From assembly GCA_963817955.1 (NCBI GenBank), contig CAWFQK010000002.1, positions 1,099,326 to 1,163,325 of the forward strand: 64,000 bases of DNA. Direction: 5' to 3'. A program made the position numbers and the translations under genes. Shown here piece by piece: positions 59,108-64,000 of the stretch. The number at the start of each line of letters is the position of its first letter. The first letter of the stretch is position 1. The stretch is from an uncultured Gemmatimonadaceae bacterium. Its GTDB lineage: Bacteria > Gemmatimonadota > Gemmatimonadetes > Gemmatimonadales > Gemmatimonadaceae. Under the pieces are notes generated by a model. That model saw nothing but the letters and a program-made list of their open reading frames with translations. It had not been told where the DNA came from and made no database searches.

Positions 59108-62100
59108 CTATCGTTTCGCGAGCACGTCGTAACGTCTTATCATTTCATCGTATCCGAGCTTCTTGACTCGATCGCTGTACCGATCGATTGCGGCGCGGAC
59201 CGTTTCTCGGTCAAATTCGACTAACGATTCTGCACAGGCAGCTGTAAGCCACGCCGCTATATAGAGATCGGACGATTCGGCCAAAACGACCGAACGCTTG
59301 AACATATCTATCGCCTCGTCGCGTCTTCCATCGAGCGCGCTCAACCGAATAGACAACGCCTCGACGATTTCACGGCCCTGAAACCAGTCCGGCCTACTCT
59401 TCATCCGCTCCGACACCTCGGCCACAGCTCTGCGAACGCCATCCATTCGCTCCAATTCCAGGTAGCACAGACCAGCCCCAGCCATCGCGCCAATCTCGAT
59501 GTCCGACTGTCCTATGCGTTGCGCCAGCGGAATCGTTGCTTCGTAGAGCTCGGCAGCCGATTCCCACAACCCAAGCTCTCGCTCCACATGGGCCATGTTG
59601 TACAGCGAGGCGAGTTGATACTCGCTGTGCTTGACTGCGGCGAAGAGCGCGAGGGCTTCTCCAAAAAGCTCTCGTGCACGGTCGTACTCACCGCATTTTT
59701 GTAGCAACACACCGAGATTGACCGCGCCCACGCCCCACAAATCCGGCATGCCCGCCGCACGGGCAACGGAAATCCCACGGCCGAATGCCTGTTTTGCATC
59801 GTCCAACCGAGCTTCAAATTGCGCCGCGATCCCCATGTTACCGTAGCACCGCGCCATCCCCCGCACATCTCCGACTGCCTCGAACATCTCGAGCGCACGA
59901 GTGTAGATCTCCATCGAACGGCGCGGCGACTTCACTGATCATGCTGTTGGCGAGACGGTTGAGAGCGTCACCTAATAACGTCCGATCACCAATACCCTCG
60001 GCCATTTCGACGCCTTCTGTCGCCGTGCGCTCCGCCGTCCGCCGGTCGCCCAGTCGGCCATGCGTCTGCGATGCCATGATCAGAAGCGCGACGCGTTCGC
60101 GGTCTACACCCAACCGCTTCGCCTCGGCATCCAGAGTCGTCAGGGCGTCGAGTGTCACCTTGGCCGGCTGACCCAACTCCATCCGCGCCCGCTCGCGCAT
60201 TCGGCGGAGAGCCAAAGCACGCACTTCGTCCGCTGCGCCCTCGAACCATTCGATCGCCAGGTCGCACAATTCCTCGACCTCGTCAAAGCGCCCGCCGGTT
60301 TCGGCAACGTGAGCGAGCGCGACGCGAATCTCCGCGAGCTGAGCCGGTGTCGTGGCGTTGCGCGCGGCAACATGCAGGTACGTCCCGGCTGCGCCGTGCG
60401 CGTACACGCCGTCAGCCGATTTCGCCGCCGTCTGCGCCCAGATGTAGGCCTGTTCACCATCGCCAGCCGCGTCAAAATGCAACGCAATCTCACCAGGCCG
60501 GTCGGGCGCTCGCTTCGCCAACGATTGCGCCACCCGCTCGTGAATCTGCTTCACCCGATCACGCGGAATCGAATCGACGAGCACCTCGGCGATTTCGTCG
60601 TGGGCGAATGCGTACCCGCCCAGCTTTCGCTCAAATGTCGGCCGCAACAGTCCCGTGTTGAGCGCCTCTGAAATCGCCAGCCGGACAGCAGGCTCGCTGC
60701 CAGCGCCTGCCGCTGCGAGCAATCCAACATCGAATTCCCGTCCGACGATCGCGGCTATCCCGAGCACCGCATGAGTGCTCGACGAAAAGCACGCGAGTCG
60801 CTGCGCGATGAGCGCCGGACGGCCGGCCGGCAAGCGAAGCTCGGATACCGGCCGCCACTCCCACCGGCTGCCGTTGTGCCAGATCGCGCCGTCTTCGACC
60901 AGCGCACGAAGCATCTGCGCGATGAAGAGCGGATTCCCTTCCGTGTGGCGATATAGAAAAGCCAGAAACTCGCGAGCGATCTGCTGTTGGTGAAACGCCG
61001 CCTCGAGCCACTGCTTCACCTCATCGCGCGTCAAACGCGACAACACGAGTTCGCGCGCGATATCATATCGCGACAGCATTTGTCGATACGACGACGTGTC
61101 ATACGCGTTGTCGGGGCGGTGCGCGAGACAGATCATCACGCGATCGGTATCGAGCCGGGTCATGACGTGCTCGAGCGCATCCCACGTCGTGCTATCCGCC
61201 CACTGCATCTCGTCGAGAACCAGGACGAGCGGACGTGCCGCCGCCAGCGCTCGAACATAATCCGTCAGTTCACCGAGGAGCCGGTACTGGCTTCCCGTTG
61301 TCGACGCGCTGTTCGCTGATCGGCCGAGCGCCGGCTCCAGATGCTGGAGCTCCGTCCACTCTCGTTCGGGGGCGGTCGGGAATCGGTGTGTTGCCCGCAG
61401 GAGTCCGCTCCACGCTCCGTAGGGCTGCGGCACGCCGAGCCGCAACGACGACGCCATCGCGAACGCACCCCCGCGCATCCGAACTTCCGACTCCAATTGA
61501 CGGACGAGCATCGCGGTGCCGAGCCCGGTTTCGCCGAATACCGACACTACTCGCGGTTGACCGGCGCATGCCTCATCCAGCCAGCGAGTCAATGACGTCA
61601 GCTCTTGCCGTCGTCCAGCGAGGCGGTCGATCGCCAAGGGACGATGCAACGCCTCGTGATGCGGGAGCGGCGCGGCCATTGCGCCATCTCGGCCCTGAGA
61701 TTGAATGCGCACGAGCGCCGCAGCGGCGGCGGCAACCACACTGTCGTAAGTTCCACCTTGTTCAGGCGCGGATGCTGAACCGAGTGAGAGCGTCAGGTGC
61801 TCGAGGCCATCACCGAACGAGTGCACCCGAACGGCCGCACAGATGCGTTCACCCACCGAACGACCTTCTTCTGCCGTTGCACCGGCAAGCACCATCACCA
61901 AGCGGCCGTCCACGCGACCCACGTGATCGTCGCAGCGTAGCGTGTGTCGCACAATCTCTGCGACGGCACTCAGGTTCGATTCGAGAGTCGTGCGCCCGTC
62001 AGTCGACGGCTCCCCCGGATCCACCTCCGCCAACAGCACCGCCACCGGCTGCTTGGGGGCAGCCGCCGATAGCGCCGCCTGCGCGGCGACGACGAACTCG

Positions 62101-62207
62101 TCTGGCGATCGGTAGAAATGAGGCACGACGGGGGGGCTTTCCAGGAAATTCAGCCGAGACTCGCTCAGTGGCCTTTCTACCGTAGGACGCCACACACGCG
62201 CACGCAA
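59108..62207 (-). CDS. Degenerate GGDEF domain + AAA/STAND NTPase + TPR protein (apparent frameshift near 59930)
   Basis: LTLSLGSA..QGRD GGDEF-type C-terminus; LAGRRQEL, GETGLGT, LVLDEMQWAD, TEGNPLF, FAHD; TPRs continue across the frameshift (NSMISE|SPRRSMEIY). Confidence 0.8.
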
Positions 62208-62297
62208 GGCCGTTCTTCAAGACGTTAACAATACGGTGAATCTACGCGTCTACCAATCGGCTACTGATTGATGGTCTGCCGAGGATCAATTCGGTCT

Positions 62298-63992
62298 ATG
62301 CGCTACACCGTCATTTTCTCCATTGCGCTCGTCGCGGCATGCGCCAATCAGGCGCAGCGCACTCCAGCCGGACTTTCGCCGGCCGAAACGGCCGCTCAGC
62401 CGCGCGAGCTGCTGCCGGACGAGCAGATCGAGCAGGTCCTCAACCGCCTTGCGTTCGGACCGCGACCCGGGGACGCTGAGCAGGTCCGCGCCGTGGGCGT
62501 AGACCGCTGGATCAACCAGCAACTGCATCCGCAACAGATTGCCGACGCCAACACCGGGGCGCTCGTGGCAAAGTACCCGGTGCTATCGACGAATACGGGC
62601 GATATCATCCGCGACTACGACGTGGTGCAACAGCTGCAGCGCCGCGTGCGCGCGGCGGACAAGGGCGATACGACCATCAAGCCCGCCGAGATTCGCCGGC
62701 AGATCCTCGCCAACAATCCGCAACTTGCGGACGTAGTGCGCAAGTCGCAGCAACTCGTGGGTGAGGTGCAATCGGCCAAGCTCGCGCGCGCGGTGGCTTC
62801 CGACCGGCAGCTCGACGAAGTGATGACCGACTTCTGGGAAAATCATTTCAGCGTCTTCGCCGGTAAAGGACAGGTGCGTCTCTTTCTGGCGCAGTACGAT
62901 CGTGATGTCATTCGTCCCCACGCGCTCGGCAAGTTCCGCGATCTACTCGGCGCTGTGGCGAAGAGCCCGGCGATGCTGTTCTTCCTGGACAATGCACAGA
63001 GTGCGGCGGACAGCACGCAGCCGACGCTCTCGGCGCGCTTCGCCGCTCGCGGTGCGCGGCCAGGCGTTGGGGCACGGCGCGGACTGAACGAGAACTACGC
63101 CCGCGAGTTGATGGAGCTGCACACACTGGGTGTGGACGGCGGCTACACCCAGCAGGACGTGCAGGAAGTCGCGCGCGCGCTCACCGGCTGGGGCTTCAAC
63201 CGGCAAACAGGCGCGTTCCTGTTCAACCCCAACATGCACGATGCCGGCGCAAAGACGATTCTTGGTCACGCATTCCCGTCGGGACGCGGCCAAGCGGAGG
63301 GAGAGGAAGTACTCGACATCCTGTCGCGCGCACCGTCCACTGCACGATTCATCACCAGCAAGCTGGCGCGGCGCTTCGTAAGCGATGACCCTCCGAAAAC
63401 ACTCGTCGATCGCTGTAGCAACACATTCCTGCACACCGATGGTGACATTCGCGCAACGGTAAGCTGCATCGTGACGTCGCCTGAGTTCTTCAGCCGCGCC
63501 GCCTATCGCGCCAAGGTAAAGACACCGTTCGAGGTCGTGACCTCGGCGTTGCGCGCCCTGAACGCGTATCCGGACACAACGCCACGCACGGCGCTGATCG
63601 TGGCGCGGCTGGGACAGCCGATCTTCGGCCGGCAGACGCCGGACGGATGGCCTGATCGCGGTGACGCCTGGATGAATACGGGGGCAATTCTCAACCGGAT
63701 CAACCTTGGCCTGAGTATCGCTACTGGTCAGGTGCCAGGCGCGCGACCGCAGCAATGGGTGTACTTCGACTCGCTACGCGTACTGCCACGCGCGCAGCAG
63801 GTGGACGGTGTCGTCCGATACATTCTCGGCGGGCAGGTATCCGCCGAGACGCGCGAGGTGCTGATGAGCGGTGACAACCCAATGCTGTCGCACGCCACCG
63901 CGAAAGGTGTCAAAGGCACGACGGTGGACCTGGGGAACTTGCCCCAGATAATCGGACTCGCGCTGGGTGCGCCCGAGTTCCAACGCCGCTAG
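62298..63992 (+). CDS. DUF1800 family protein (lipoprotein)
   Basis: LNRLAFGP, DFWENHF, SPAML..LDN, NENYARELMELHTLG, PEFQRR. Confidence 0.92.
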   Translation: MRYTVIFSIALVAACANQAQRTPAGLSPAETAAQPRELLPDEQIEQVLNRLAFGPRPGDAEQVRAVGVDRWINQQLHPQQIADANTGALVAKYPVLSTNTGDIIRDYDVVQQLQRRVRAADKGDTTIKPAEIRRQILANNPQLADVVRKSQQLVGEVQSAKLARAVASDRQLDEVMTDFWENHFSVFAGKGQVRLFLAQYDRDVIRPHALGKFRDLLGAVAKSPAMLFFLDNAQSAADSTQPTLSARFAARGARPGVGARRGLNENYARELMELHTLGVDGGYTQQDVQEVARALTGWGFNRQTGAFLFNPNMHDAGAKTILGHAFPSGRGQAEGEEVLDILSRAPSTARFITSKLARRFVSDDPPKTLVDRCSNTFLHTDGDIRATVSCIVTSPEFFSRAAYRAKVKTPFEVVTSALRALNAYPDTTPRTALIVARLGQPIFGRQTPDGWPDRGDAWMNTGAILNRINLGLSIATGQVPGARPQQWVYFDSLRVLPRAQQVDGVVRYILGGQVSAETREVLMSGDNPMLSHATAKGVKGTTVDLGNLPQIIGLALGAPEFQRR

Positions 63993-64000
63993 AAGCAGGG

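Overview
This is a high-GC (about 65% by eye) bacterial window whose gene content and style resemble Gemmatimonadota; the taxonomy is an inference. Most of it is housekeeping: a caa3-type cytochrome c oxidase operon, dacB, gyrA, sucB-lpdA, an ECF sigma/anti-sigma pair, otsAB, rnhA, thyX, a frameshifted EF-G paralog and several peptidases. Two regions stand out. (1) At 19.5-22.7 kb, two adjacent, distantly related, intact IS110-family elements each sit at a CT core inside a different REP-like repeat. For both, the upstream non-coding end holds a bridge-RNA-like structure whose guide segments match the element's own target flanks and donor ends, and circularisation rebuilds a -35/-10 promoter. 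(2) At 47.2-51.2 kb, a tightly coupled operon with a candidate sigma54 promoter encodes two Ddl-like ATP-grasp ligases, a GNAT acetyltransferase and a lysine-2,3-aminomutase-type radical SAM enzyme, a plausible uncharacterised beta-amino-acid peptide pathway. Also present are a ~1.1 kb 21-nt-periodic cryptic repeat region, a PhaF-like protein, a degenerate GGDEF-STAND-TPR protein and several single-base frameshifts that are probably sequencing errors. No tRNA, rRNA or CRISPR array was recognised.
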